The translations under genes were made by a program, and so were the position numbers. From positions 13,798 through 77,797 of the IMG/VR virus record IMGVR_UViG_3300045918_000470: a DNA stretch of 64,000 nucleotides. One strand, written 5' to 3'. This document shows positions 19,900-30,941 of the stretch, piece by piece. The notes beneath the pieces were generated by a model that was not told the origin of the DNA, made no database searches, and worked only from the letters and a program-made list of their open reading frames with translations. How positions within the stretch are numbered: position 1 is the first letter of the stretch; the number at the start of each line of letters is the position of its first letter. The DNA comes from a virus.

Positions 19900-20145
19900 A
19901 TGTTAAAAGAGTATTCGGAAGCAGTTAAAAATCTACCTGAGATAAAAAAATCTACAGATGTATTAACTCGTGAGGAAAAGTTAGACCAATTACTTTCTAT
20001 ATTTGATGGTATAGAGGAAATCAATGGTTATACGATAATAAAATTTAATAAAAAAGTAATAATCGCTTCAGACAATGATATTGCATTAGTTTCTAAAAAA
20101 AATATTATGTTTAAAACAATTGACGGTGCATTATTTTTAAATTGA
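19900..20145 (+). CDS. Hypothetical protein
   Basis: 81 aa ORF with RBS. Confidence 0.6.
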   Translation: MLKEYSEAVKNLPEIKKSTDVLTREEKLDQLLSIFDGIEEINGYTIIKFNKKVIIASDNDIALVSKKNIMFKTIDGALFLN

Positions 20146-20170
20146 ATAAATAATTAAAAAAGGAGTATCA

Positions 20171-20521
20171 ATGAAATTTGTAGATATGTCTCCCGACTTT
20201 CTTGGTTATTTGATCTCCGACAAAGATGCCATTAGAAATGCAATTAAAAATATAATTCTTATACGAAAATATTCTCTAATGGGAAATCCTTCAATGGGTT
20301 CAAAAGCAATGAATATTATATTTTCAGGGTTTGATGATCTCGATGCAGCGATGTTTAAAATGGAGATCATGACTGTTTTAAAAAATAAAGAACCAAGAAT
20401 TAATGTACTTGACGTGATCATGGACAGAAATGATAATCATGAGATAAACGTTAATATTCTTTATAGTATAAAGAATTCACTAATCGATTCAGTAGAAACT
20501 GTTCGTTTAAATTTAAATTAA
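20171..20521 (+). CDS. gp25: Baseplate wedge protein
   Basis: DAIRNAIKNII...PSMGS...EPRINVLDV. Confidence 0.88.
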   Translation: MKFVDMSPDFLGYLISDKDAIRNAIKNIILIRKYSLMGNPSMGSKAMNIIFSGFDDLDAAMFKMEIMTVLKNKEPRINVLDVIMDRNDNHEINVNILYSIKNSLIDSVETVRLNLN

Positions 20522-20530
20522 GAGGTTACA

Positions 20531-22870
20531 ATGATAGAGGTTGTCCCATTCAATTTTGAGGAAATTTCACTTGCATTAAAAGAAAAAGTGAAAGCTTCAA
20601 ATGTTTTTACTGATGTCGATTATGAAGGATCAAATATCTCTGTCTTGATCAGTCTACTTGCAAGTGCAGCTCAGATCGTAAATGCTAATACAAACTTTGG
20701 TGTTAATGAGATGATTCTAAATGATGCAACAGACAGAACAAACATTCTTAAATCTGCAAGAAATATTGGGTATGAGGCATTAAAAGCAAAATCTGCTGAA
20801 TTTGAAATCACCCTTGTTCCTGCAATTGCAATTTCTGAATGGCCTTCAGATACAATAACAATCACCGTGCATAAGTACACACGATTCAAAGCAAACAATG
20901 GAATGTATTGTTATTACATGGGTCCTGATATTGAACGTATTATTTCTCGTGAGGACGTTCTTAACTATAATGATAATTCTCGAGTTACGATTCGTGTTAA
21001 AGAGGGAACTCTTATTATGCAATCAGAACGTGGTGACTTTAACTATGTTATTGGTACATTTGTTGACTACAATGGCGAACTAAAAACGGAGTCATCAATT
21101 CTTGTATATGAAGATGCAGTTGAAGAAGATGGTATTGAAGTATTTGTTACATCGGCAGAAGATATTCAAGTATATTTTCAATTGAGTACTCCTACGATGG
21201 TGCCAAAAGGATCACTTTGGGTTCAGACTGAATTTTCAAATGGATTAATCAAAGATATACTAGCAGATACAGATGTTTATATTGCAAAATCTGATGATTC
21301 TTCAAGTATTATGAAAGGAGAATGGGAATTTTTAAGTTCGTGGAAAAATTCAACAAATAGTATTATTAATAATTATAAAAGTAATCCTATGCTTGATATA
21401 CAAGCAGTTGAACCTATGATTGATAGACCATTCCATAAAAGAACATATTTTGTTATCGATGATGAAGTTGATAACAATAAAGATTCATTCCTTCCATTAA
21501 TGGATTTCGATACTGGGTTTATTCGTGTGTATTTCAGATATGGAAACACAGGTAAGAGTTTATATCCAGGTTCTAGAGTATCTGTAAATGTATTGAAAAC
21601 TAGTGGGGCATTAGGAAACAATATTACAACTATTGATATTGAAGATACGATTCTAAAAGCAAATACTGTAATAGAACCTGGCTCTGCGCCGAGAATGGTT
21701 GCAGTAGGTACTAATGAGGAAACCAACGAAGATATCAAGATAAATGCACCGATTTTTTATAATACAGCAAATCGTGCCGTTACAGCAATGGATTATAAAG
21801 CGATATGTGAAAGACGTACTGAGGTCCAACGATGTATAGTTTATGGTGGTGAGGATAAAATTGAAAAAGAGATAGGTAATGTATATCTATCATTTTTATC
21901 ATCAATAACATCAAACAACTCAGACAAATTTAATCATGATGTCGATAATAATGTATTCAGATTGATCAACAACGATATATATGACAATGCAACGGGAATA
22001 GTAATTGAACCAAATGCAAGCACATTTTATAATAATCAATTTTATCTAAGTGATACAAATGTGAATGATATTTTGAAATATCTTGAGCGTTATAAGATTA
22101 TGACAATGAAGCTCATTCATGTAAATCCCGTGTTTATAGATTGTGATATTATGATCAAAGTTATGCGTTATATAAACGATAGTAAATCTACGCAGATGTC
22201 ATTATTTAATGTAATAAATTCGTATTTTAAATCAGATATGAATGAATTTGGTGTAGAGTATTTTAATTCAAATGTTATAAGAATGGTAGATGGGCAGTTT
22301 GGAAATATATCAGGTGTAGATATCAATGTTGAATATTCTATTAATCTAAGCACAGGAAATATGATCAGTGTTGGTGATAATTTTATGTTTCAATTTTATC
22401 TTGAATTACCATTTGAAGCAATGTATAATGAGTCGACACCTGAAAAATTACTGATTGTTGAAAATATGCCAAATATTGATACAGTAGATTTCATCAAGAA
22501 TTATGATGTAACACTAGATCATTCATTGATTGTTGATTATACTCGTGTTAAACATACAATTGATCTAAATGCACCTTATCAGGTAAATGATATATCTGAA
22601 ATTTCAGAACTTGATGTTTTACCTATTGTTTACGCAGGAAAAGATGTTGGACAGTATATTATAAGAAATGGTGTTCTAGATAGCGACAATTATATTAGAG
22701 TTGATATTTGGATAAATAATGGTGGTAACGGAACAGATGTATTTGCTAACTCATCATTGTTAAAAAGTTATTTTAACCAACCACAAAAAATTCGTCTTGC
22801 AAATAAAACTGATAATGTTAGATTTTTCAGAAACAGCATTCCACGTCTAAATAGTGTACAATTTATTTAA
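20531..22870 (+). CDS. gp6: Baseplate wedge subunit
   Basis: FTDVDYEGSNISVLI, ARNIGY, RVYFRYG, NRAVTAMDY, VYGGED. Confidence 0.9.
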   Translation: MIEVVPFNFEEISLALKEKVKASNVFTDVDYEGSNISVLISLLASAAQIVNANTNFGVNEMILNDATDRTNILKSARNIGYEALKAKSAEFEITLVPAIAISEWPSDTITITVHKYTRFKANNGMYCYYMGPDIERIISREDVLNYNDNSRVTIRVKEGTLIMQSERGDFNYVIGTFVDYNGELKTESSILVYEDAVEEDGIEVFVTSAEDIQVYFQLSTPTMVPKGSLWVQTEFSNGLIKDILADTDVYIAKSDDSSSIMKGEWEFLSSWKNSTNSIINNYKSNPMLDIQAVEPMIDRPFHKRTYFVIDDEVDNNKDSFLPLMDFDTGFIRVYFRYGNTGKSLYPGSRVSVNVLKTSGALGNNITTIDIEDTILKANTVIEPGSAPRMVAVGTNEETNEDIKINAPIFYNTANRAVTAMDYKAICERRTEVQRCIVYGGEDKIEKEIGNVYLSFLSSITSNNSDKFNHDVDNNVFRLINNDIYDNATGIVIEPNASTFYNNQFYLSDTNVNDILKYLERYKIMTMKLIHVNPVFIDCDIMIKVMRYINDSKSTQMSLFNVINSYFKSDMNEFGVEYFNSNVIRMVDGQFGNISGVDINVEYSINLSTGNMISVGDNFMFQFYLELPFEAMYNESTPEKLLIVENMPNIDTVDFIKNYDVTLDHSLIVDYTRVKHTIDLNAPYQVNDISEISELDVLPIVYAGKDVGQYIIRNGVLDSDNYIRVDIWINNGGNGTDVFANSSLLKSYFNQPQKIRLANKTDNVRFFRNSIPRLNSVQFI

Positions 22871-22880
22871 GTAGAGAGAT

Positions 22881-25073
22881 ATGAAAAGAGATTTTGAAAT
22901 TATTTTAAACGCATTAGTTCCTGAACACATTAAGGAGAACAATCCAGTTATCTCTGAGTTGTTCAGGATCTTCCTAGAATTTATTGATGAAACATCATAC
23001 TCTAAAATCTCAAATATCGCAAATCTCGTCACAAGCATCCAAGAGGACGAGGCTGAAGATAAATCATCATTCAGTTTTCAACCAGTAAATAAAAGACAAA
23101 ACATTGAATTAAAGATGGCGTTTGTAAATCTATTCACTACAAATATAAATCATTTTTTTGATACCATTAAAAATGATCGAGAAATTGATTCAAAACTAAC
23201 AAGCTATGCAAAGTTATTAGGATTAGAAAAAACTGATCTATATGATATGAGTAAATTAAATATCAATATCAATGAGGAAATCATTGCATGTTCTAAACCT
23301 TTTGCACAGACAAAAGGTACAAATATTCCTTTTGATTTTTTATCAAATCTATTAGAAAATGAAAATCTTGACCCAGGTATTACCCCTATAGGTGGAATAC
23401 GTGTTAAAGACCATAGAGATCCTGAAACCGACGAACTCGTACCATGCTCTTATGAGGTAGAATCATCACTACATAATGTTGTGTTTAATCGTGCTATAAG
23501 ACCAGTGGTTCATCCCGTCGGTTTCAATGTAATATACACTCGTGTGTTAAAATTATTAATGGAAGATCACTTCAATTTAAAAATTGAAAATTATGGGTTT
23601 GTAGTTACTGTAAGACAGCGCAACGGAAAAACATATTCTTGGAAAGATGAACTTGATGCAAGTGGTAATGTTAAAAATCAACTCATTAAAACATTCAAAT
23701 CAGATCTTAATGAATATGGAATAGAAGAATTAGATATTAGATTTATGACAGGAGAACGATTATATCGGACTGTAAATGGTGATCTTGTTTATTATGATAA
23801 AGAATCTATTCCACACAAATGGTCAAAAAAATTCTATGAATTAGATTACACGTTTAAAAAACGTGTAACTGTCTTGACAAAAGACGCACAAATGGCGATA
23901 CATACATCATATATAGACGATAATTATGATGTAGTTTATGCAGTTCATAATGGTATTGTAACAATATCACATGTACCCGTTCGTGATTATAATGTGAGGG
24001 TAGATCATATTGACGATAATAGTTATCTTGAAGATATAAAAGATTATTTCGAACCCGATCTAACAGATCACAAAACAACGTTCCTTCCTGAGGATTTTCC
24101 AGAACCAGAGGAAAATAGTATATTCATGGAAGAAACAATTTGGATGAATAATTCAAAAGTTTTCGGTGAAAATGGCGATCAATTCGCATACCAACTTACT
24201 GATGCATTAAATGAATATTCACCCAAATTTTCTGAGGATGAAGAGCTGTTTTGGAACAATACAGATTATTATGTAAATCATTTTATTAAGATATTAAGTG
24301 ATCTTGAAATTGACCTTGCATATAATCAGGATATGTACGATACATATGCAACACGTGAAGGAAGACGACGAATTGGTGCATGGAAAGGTTTCAGCGATCC
24401 TAGACCACAATCAATGTGTAGGGACGTTCCATTACTTACTGGTGACATACTAATCGCAAAAATCCGTGAGTTAAAAAACATTGTAACCCAGGACAAAACA
24501 GATATTCTTAATATCACAGAAAGATTGAATAAGACATTAAGTTCACGTGAGGAATTTTACTTTATTATTCAAGGTGAGGATCTAATAGATTCATATATCG
24601 TTGAAGATATAACTACAATATCTGATGAAAAAAATATGACTGATACTGTTATAACAAATGATCAGATGGGAAGAACAACAATCTACATCAATATGGATAA
24701 TGCTGATGGTATGGCAGTAGGTAGTGTTGGTATTGGTCAAAAACCACTTGGTTATGAGGATGCAATGGATACAGATGATGGTGCAGGTATATACACATAT
24801 ATTCTAACAAACGGTATCTATGTTCTTAACGATTACATTGGGTTTATTGGTGACGTATTAACACTTGATTCAGAATTGATAAATGATTACAGAACAAATA
24901 TTGCAGAATTAAATATTCTTATTTCAGACAAAGAAGCAGAAATTCTTACAGTAGTAGGAATATGGGGTGTGTACACAAGAACACATCTTCGTCTTGAACG
25001 TGACGATCTTATAAAAACAAGATCAGCATTCCAAAAAGAGTTAGATATAATTCTTAATAAATACAACAATTAA
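22881..25073 (+). CDS. Baseplate wedge protein (gp7-like)
   Basis: LVPEHIKE...FLEF, KGT...F, YEVES...RPVVHPVGF; follows gp6. Confidence 0.65.
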   Translation: MKRDFEIILNALVPEHIKENNPVISELFRIFLEFIDETSYSKISNIANLVTSIQEDEAEDKSSFSFQPVNKRQNIELKMAFVNLFTTNINHFFDTIKNDREIDSKLTSYAKLLGLEKTDLYDMSKLNININEEIIACSKPFAQTKGTNIPFDFLSNLLENENLDPGITPIGGIRVKDHRDPETDELVPCSYEVESSLHNVVFNRAIRPVVHPVGFNVIYTRVLKLLMEDHFNLKIENYGFVVTVRQRNGKTYSWKDELDASGNVKNQLIKTFKSDLNEYGIEELDIRFMTGERLYRTVNGDLVYYDKESIPHKWSKKFYELDYTFKKRVTVLTKDAQMAIHTSYIDDNYDVVYAVHNGIVTISHVPVRDYNVRVDHIDDNSYLEDIKDYFEPDLTDHKTTFLPEDFPEPEENSIFMEETIWMNNSKVFGENGDQFAYQLTDALNEYSPKFSEDEELFWNNTDYYVNHFIKILSDLEIDLAYNQDMYDTYATREGRRRIGAWKGFSDPRPQSMCRDVPLLTGDILIAKIRELKNIVTQDKTDILNITERLNKTLSSREEFYFIIQGEDLIDSYIVEDITTISDEKNMTDTVITNDQMGRTTIYINMDNADGMAVGSVGIGQKPLGYEDAMDTDDGAGIYTYILTNGIYVLNDYIGFIGDVLTLDSELINDYRTNIAELNILISDKEAEILTVVGIWGVYTRTHLRLERDDLIKTRSAFQKELDIILNKYNN

Positions 25074-25092
25074 AATAAAGTAAGGAAGATAT

Positions 25093-25710
25093 ATGTTATC
25101 AGATACTATTAAATTCATAGGAGATTTCTCAATTAGCGAATACAATGCTAATGGGGATCTAATCTCAAGTTACTCAGACAAAAACCTTATCATGGATGCA
25201 GCTCGTAAGAACATGGCAGAATTGATCGCTGGTCTTGCAAACGGTAAAGTTATCAATCGATTCATTCTTGGTACACGTGGGCACGTGGGAACGGATCTAT
25301 TAACTCCTAAAGCTGTAGGTGGCTCATACACAGAAGGTAATTTTGATTCAACACGTTTGAAACTTTACTCAGAGGTTGCACCTGCAGGAACACCATATTG
25401 GTATGTAGACTTTACACCAAGCCCATTAGGTGGAGCATCAACAATTTCAAATGTTTTCAACACGGTAAATGGGTCAGAAACACTAAATGATGTCAATGTT
25501 GCAATCAACGTATCAGGTAAAGAAACAACTTATACTGTTACCGTCCCAGTAACAAGCGCAAACAACCCAGCAGGTCCTGTTGCATATACTGAGGCGGGAT
25601 TAGTTTCTGTATCAGGTGGTGACACCGACCTTTTCAGTATGAAATGTTTCCCTGCACGTGTTAAAGAAGATACAGTAAAACTTATTATTGTATGGAAAAT
25701 TATATTTTAA
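25093..25710 (+). CDS. Baseplate/tail structural protein
   Basis: KNLIMDAAR, YTEAGL, LFSMKCFP..VK...IVWKIIF pattern typical of baseplate/fibre-attachment proteins. Confidence 0.6.
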   Translation: MLSDTIKFIGDFSISEYNANGDLISSYSDKNLIMDAARKNMAELIAGLANGKVINRFILGTRGHVGTDLLTPKAVGGSYTEGNFDSTRLKLYSEVAPAGTPYWYVDFTPSPLGGASTISNVFNTVNGSETLNDVNVAINVSGKETTYTVTVPVTSANNPAGPVAYTEAGLVSVSGGDTDLFSMKCFPARVKEDTVKLIIVWKIIF

Positions 25711-25754
25711 TTTAAGTATAAATATGTTATAATATCTAATAGAGGATTTATAAC

Positions 25755-27680
25755 ATGATTAAACCAGAATTATTACTCAATTTCTTCCCAAATGGTGACG
25801 TAACAAAAAGAAGCACCCAAGATTTAACTCGATATGAAACTTTCAAAATAGACTTGGAGTTATTAACTCCATTTCTACCTCAAGACACTTCTCCTCAAAC
25901 AAGACTTTTCTATTTAAAATTAGATATTAAAGAACCTCAAATATGTTATAATCCAAATTGTAATACCCTCGTATTACCCGATAGAAACAATCAATTTAAA
26001 AAATATTGTTCTAATTTATGTCAGCGGAATGATACAAATAACCTAATTAAATCTAATAATAAAAAATCATTAGAAGCTAAGATTAAAAAAGAATCTAATG
26101 TTTGTGAAATATGTAATAAGATTTTAATTAAAGATAGATTAATAAAAGAACATAGATGTAGTAATTTTGCTTGTACATTAATTGAAAAATATAATTTAAA
26201 GAACATAGATGATATTATGTTATCTTATAAAAATCACATATTAGAAATAATTAATTTATTAAAAATAGATTATTCTCATATAAATTGGACATCTAACCCA
26301 TATGAGATTTTTTATTGTTTAAATAATAATATTTTGAAAAATCCAAAGTTAAAGTTTGTAGACAATAGAATTGGATATAAGAATATTAAAAAATACAAGT
26401 TTTATACAAGTAAATATGATTTAGTAATGGAGTTGATTAATACTGAAAAATATAATGCGAGTAGATATAAAATAGTAAGAGAATACTTTGGAGATAATTA
26501 TTCAGAAGAAATATATATGATAATCAACAATATAAAAGAATACCAAATATGTGAATGTGGAAATAAAATAAAATTTAAAATATTTTCAAACCCATATTCA
26601 TCTGGATGTTCAATACAATGCATTAATAGAATTAATGCTAAGAATAAATCAAAAATAAAATATAATAATTTTAAAATTAAATTAGATACTTTATTATTAG
26701 ATAGAAATATAACTATATTGGATGAGTATAAGGGAATGAAAGAATATCAAAGAATTAAATGCTTAGTTTGTGGAGATGAATATACTGGAATAATATCAAC
26801 ATCAAGTTCTATATGTAGGAAATGTACACCAAAGATTTCTGGATTTTCAAACGCAGAAATTGAAGTTAAAGAATTTATAGAATCGCTTGGATTTATAACT
26901 GAATCTCGTAGATTTGTTGGATTGAATGAAGTTGATATTTTCATACCTGAATTAAATATTGGGTTTGAATATAATGGGTTATATTGGCATTCAGAATCTA
27001 TGGGCAAAGATAAAAATTATCATAAAAATAAGCAAATAATAGCAAACGAATTAGGTATAACTTTATATCATATATTTGAACATCATTGGGTATTAAAAAG
27101 AAATATAGTCGAATCTATAATTAAATCTAAATTACATAAATTAGATAGATTATGTTATGCAAGACAAGTTATTATAAAAGAAATTGATAATTCAACAAAA
27201 AATAGTTTTTTGTTAGATAATCATATACAAGGTAAAGATACATCAAGTATTAGATTAGGAGCCTATTTTAATAGTACGCTTGTTTCTGTAATGACTTTCT
27301 CTAAATCAAAATACAAAAAAGATGAAATAGAATTATCAAGATTTTGCACATTGATAGATTATAACATTTCAGGAATGTTTAGTAAATTTCTCAAATTCTT
27401 CAAAAATAATTATGTGTTTAATAATTTAATATCATATGCAGATACGAGTAGAAATCAAGGGAATAAAGTATATGACGCTTACTCATATAAATCGGAAGAA
27501 ACTCCTCCATCTTATTGGTATTTTAATGGGTTAGAAGTATATCATAGAAGTACCTTTATGAAACATAAACTAAAAGATAAGTTAGAAATTTTTGATGACA
27601 ATTTAACTGAGTACCAAAACATGTTGAATAATGGTTATAGCCGATATTGGGACTGTGGAACTATTAAGTATTATCTTTAA
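25755..27680 (+). CDS. Hef-like free-standing homing endonuclease
   Basis: Zn-finger CxxC repeats; SNAEIEVKEF...EVDIFIPELNIGFEYNGLYWHS; YARQ...NHIQG...ELSRFC...SYAD...WDCG; very AT-rich; own early promoter at 25711-25733. Confidence 0.85.
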   Translation: MIKPELLLNFFPNGDVTKRSTQDLTRYETFKIDLELLTPFLPQDTSPQTRLFYLKLDIKEPQICYNPNCNTLVLPDRNNQFKKYCSNLCQRNDTNNLIKSNNKKSLEAKIKKESNVCEICNKILIKDRLIKEHRCSNFACTLIEKYNLKNIDDIMLSYKNHILEIINLLKIDYSHINWTSNPYEIFYCLNNNILKNPKLKFVDNRIGYKNIKKYKFYTSKYDLVMELINTEKYNASRYKIVREYFGDNYSEEIYMIINNIKEYQICECGNKIKFKIFSNPYSSGCSIQCINRINAKNKSKIKYNNFKIKLDTLLLDRNITILDEYKGMKEYQRIKCLVCGDEYTGIISTSSSICRKCTPKISGFSNAEIEVKEFIESLGFITESRRFVGLNEVDIFIPELNIGFEYNGLYWHSESMGKDKNYHKNKQIIANELGITLYHIFEHHWVLKRNIVESIIKSKLHKLDRLCYARQVIIKEIDNSTKNSFLLDNHIQGKDTSSIRLGAYFNSTLVSVMTFSKSKYKKDEIELSRFCTLIDYNISGMFSKFLKFFKNNYVFNNLISYADTSRNQGNKVYDAYSYKSEETPPSYWYFNGLEVYHRSTFMKHKLKDKLEIFDDNLTEYQNMLNNGYSRYWDCGTIKYYL

Positions 27681-27854
27681 GCAATATTTAATATATATTA
27701 TGATATAATAACACTATGTAGATACCTCTCTACACAGTTTGAAATCAAAAGAAATTTTTTCTTAGTTTTTCAAACCTTCCTCACAATAATTCTCTCACAA
27801 AATCTTCAATCAATCCTATATTATAAATATCATAATAAGAAAATAGGATTAAAC

Positions 27855-28919
27855 ATGCCAGTAAATATTCAACTGTTAAAGCAAGGAGATCGTTCTCCTG
27901 AAAATTTTAATACTCCTTTAGTCCAACTAAATACTGGAAAGGAAGATCGTATATCATTACCCTATAAACTAGGTTTAGTGTTAACTTCCGATCTCCAAGG
28001 TAATAAAACATGGATTCAAAATCTCGATCTTGGGGTAACTGCTGAAACCGCATATCGTGGCGATTTAGGTCAAATTGCATATAATCATAGTCAATCATTT
28101 CATGATTATTACCCAAATCAAGGTGGTAAGATCAAAGGTGATATTGACCTAAATACTCATAAATTAATCCTAAGCACCACTAATACATTAGAAGCTATAG
28201 CAGCGGACACTGTTGTTACATCAAATGGATTCTTAAAGATAAAAGGCTTGGGTATAAAAATAGATTCGCCTGTAAATGATCTTACAATTAGAAGTTATAG
28301 TGGACCATGGTCAACAGGTATAGGATTTTATCTAAATGGGGATTATCTCGCATTTGGTAGATGGCAACCAAATGTTGACCGCCCTCAAGATGAACTTGTA
28401 TTATATTCTAGCGCACCAAAAATTTATATTGGTGATCAAGTAAGGGCACAACGTTTAACTGCACCCGTAGTTGTTGCCGGTACATCTCAACTTGACAGTT
28501 CAGGTTTAACAATTGGCGGACAAAAAGTTATTGATAGTTCAGGTACCATATCAGGTGCAAACATTGATTTAGTTGCAGATTATGAATCTGCATGGATTTA
28601 TGTAACAGGTGGTAATTATCGCATTACAGTACCTCATGGTATGAATGGCAGACCAAGAATAGCACAATTATTGTTCTCACACAATAATTCTACATCACTC
28701 ACTAAAGATGTATATACGATTCCTCATATTCAGACAAACAATAACAACTATTGGTGGTATTGGTGGTATGGTTGGAATGGTTATGGTGCAAACTGTCATA
28801 CCATTGTTGAAAGTTATAATAGTTCAACATATACTATAAAAACAGGATCAGGCGGTGTGTATTCCAATGGTGATTCACAATGGTACTCTGGTTACGTAAA
28901 AATAATGTTCTGGAAATAA
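27855..28919 (+). CDS. Tail fibre / receptor-binding protein
   Basis: LGVTAETAYRGDLGQIAYNHSQ fibre motif; DYESAW...TVPHGMNGRP H-lectin-like tip. Confidence 0.65.
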   Translation: MPVNIQLLKQGDRSPENFNTPLVQLNTGKEDRISLPYKLGLVLTSDLQGNKTWIQNLDLGVTAETAYRGDLGQIAYNHSQSFHDYYPNQGGKIKGDIDLNTHKLILSTTNTLEAIAADTVVTSNGFLKIKGLGIKIDSPVNDLTIRSYSGPWSTGIGFYLNGDYLAFGRWQPNVDRPQDELVLYSSAPKIYIGDQVRAQRLTAPVVVAGTSQLDSSGLTIGGQKVIDSSGTISGANIDLVADYESAWIYVTGGNYRITVPHGMNGRPRIAQLLFSHNNSTSLTKDVYTIPHIQTNNNNYWWYWWYGWNGYGANCHTIVESYNSSTYTIKTGSGGVYSNGDSQWYSGYVKIMFWK

Positions 28920-28926
28920 GGGGTAA

Positions 28927-29283
28927 ATGATGTACGCATATTATAACGATAAAGGCGATATTATATCGCTTTCGGAAGTTGAGATTATAATCGAAGGTAT
29001 GAAAGATATCAAAGTACCAGATGATACAGACCCAACAAAATTTCAAATTATTAATGACAAGCTTGTTACACGTGATGTTCAAGTTCAATCATTTACAAAA
29101 ATAATACAACCAGTAGCTCTCGATGATAATTTTGTTTTTTTAAATTCAACTGATTTTAAAGTTCTTAAATACCGAGATCAATTAGATTTAGGAATTGAAA
29201 CATCACTAACAGCTGATGAATATAAACAATTACTAACTCAAAGACAGGCTGCTCGTGATGCAATCGCAGCTAAACCTAAGTAA
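28927..29283 (+). CDS. Tail fibre assembly chaperone
   Basis: FLNSTDFKVLKYRDQ...LTADEY...RQAARD. Confidence 0.65.
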   Translation: MMYAYYNDKGDIISLSEVEIIIEGMKDIKVPDDTDPTKFQIINDKLVTRDVQVQSFTKIIQPVALDDNFVFLNSTDFKVLKYRDQLDLGIETSLTADEYKQLLTQRQAARDAIAAKPK

Positions 29284-29294
29284 GGGATGATTTA

Positions 29295-30932
29295 ATGACT
29301 ACATATTTAACAACAGAAGCTGAATTTTTAAATGACCTAGTACAGAATGGTCAGTGGATTTCAGAACAAAAAATTAATGAAGGTTTTCTAGTTCTTAAAC
29401 GTGAACAGTTAACAATGAACCGTAGAACAAATATTATATTTGGTGAGAGACCACAAGCGTGGGATGTAAATCATGCATATGCTAAAGGTGATCTTTCTCA
29501 AATAATTGGACGATATTGGGTTGCATTGCAACCACATACAAATATGCAACCAGACTTTAATCCATTATATTGGGAAGAGATTCCTATTGATATTGATGCT
29601 GATCAGATAGCATACAATCGTTATATTCTACAAGATACAAATCCAGGTACTACTGATGATACAGTATGGACTTTACCACAAAACAGAAATCAGATTCTAA
29701 ACACGTTCAAACCAGGAAATCTATTTACTGCTATTGATGGACTAGATCGATTAAAAGCAAATTTAAATGGTTCTATATATGAATATTTTTTAATTTCTGA
29801 TTCAGATAATCAAGACGCAGCAACCACAAAAAAATATGTACTTGCACAACTATCAACTAAAGCATCATTAGCAGGTAATAATACTATTAAATTTAACGTT
29901 GCGGAACCAACTGCTATTTCACATGCAACCACAAAAGGATATGTGGATACTGAGATTAATGATATTAAAGATTCATTTCTTGGATACGCACGTGTTAATG
30001 GTAATTCAGCAAATGTATTTAATGTTGCAACCCCAGTACTTGGAACACATGCAGCAAACAAAGGATATATTGATGCGGAGATAGCAAATAAATTTGCTGA
30101 AGGTCACAATAACGTAATCAAGAAAATTGATAAAGTAATCACTCAAGTTTCTATTAATTCATTGAATGTTGGCGTACCGATGATGGTGGGTCAAATTATG
30201 ATTTATTCAGGTTCAGCACTTATGTATGAAGGAACAGACTTTAACATCAATAATCAGGATAACACAAGTATTATATGGCTTGAACCACGTAGAAATGGTG
30301 AGAGAATTACTGTGTTGTTTTTATCCGATAATGCATTACAAACAATTCTTGACCCAATCTATGTAAAACAAACTGGTGATTCACTCACTGGTGCAATTAA
30401 ACAACCTGTAGATCCAATTGATGTACAAGATTTGACTAATAAAAAATATGTTGATGCAAAACGTGATGAAGCAAAATTGTATTCAGATAATCAACTTACA
30501 CAAAGTAACAATTATGCAGTACCACCTGGCGGTATTATATCGTTCTCAGGAAGTACAGTGGAGGTTGCTAACCTCGCACCGTATTGGTACTTATGTGACG
30601 GTTCACACGGTACACCTGATCTTCGAGGAAGATTTATATTGGGTGCAGGTACATCTGGTGGGACAACCTATATGATTGATCAATTTGGTGGTAGTTCAGA
30701 TAAAGCTTTATCGATTGATAATCTTGCGCCACATACACATGAATTATTGATGGGTGAGGAAGGTCCTTCTGAACACACAGCACCAACGGGTTATAATGAA
30801 TTAACATTGAAACCTGTAACTCCTGGGGTTTCAGGAAATTCTACAGTTGTAAATACTGCAGGTGGTGGACAGCCATTTAATATCATGCCTCCATATTATG
30901 TATTGTCATATATCATGAGAGCAAAATCGTAA
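29295..30932 (+). CDS. Tail fibre with tail-collar domain
   Basis: CBM5/12-like AWDVNHAYAKGD...YW; HATTKGYVD repeats; PPGGIISF...WYLCDG...TPDLRGRF; MPPYYVLSYIMR. Confidence 0.85.
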   Translation: MTTYLTTEAEFLNDLVQNGQWISEQKINEGFLVLKREQLTMNRRTNIIFGERPQAWDVNHAYAKGDLSQIIGRYWVALQPHTNMQPDFNPLYWEEIPIDIDADQIAYNRYILQDTNPGTTDDTVWTLPQNRNQILNTFKPGNLFTAIDGLDRLKANLNGSIYEYFLISDSDNQDAATTKKYVLAQLSTKASLAGNNTIKFNVAEPTAISHATTKGYVDTEINDIKDSFLGYARVNGNSANVFNVATPVLGTHAANKGYIDAEIANKFAEGHNNVIKKIDKVITQVSINSLNVGVPMMVGQIMIYSGSALMYEGTDFNINNQDNTSIIWLEPRRNGERITVLFLSDNALQTILDPIYVKQTGDSLTGAIKQPVDPIDVQDLTNKKYVDAKRDEAKLYSDNQLTQSNNYAVPPGGIISFSGSTVEVANLAPYWYLCDGSHGTPDLRGRFILGAGTSGGTTYMIDQFGGSSDKALSIDNLAPHTHELLMGEEGPSEHTAPTGYNELTLKPVTPGVSGNSTVVNTAGGGQPFNIMPPYYVLSYIMRAKS

Positions 30933-30941
30933 GGAGATAAC

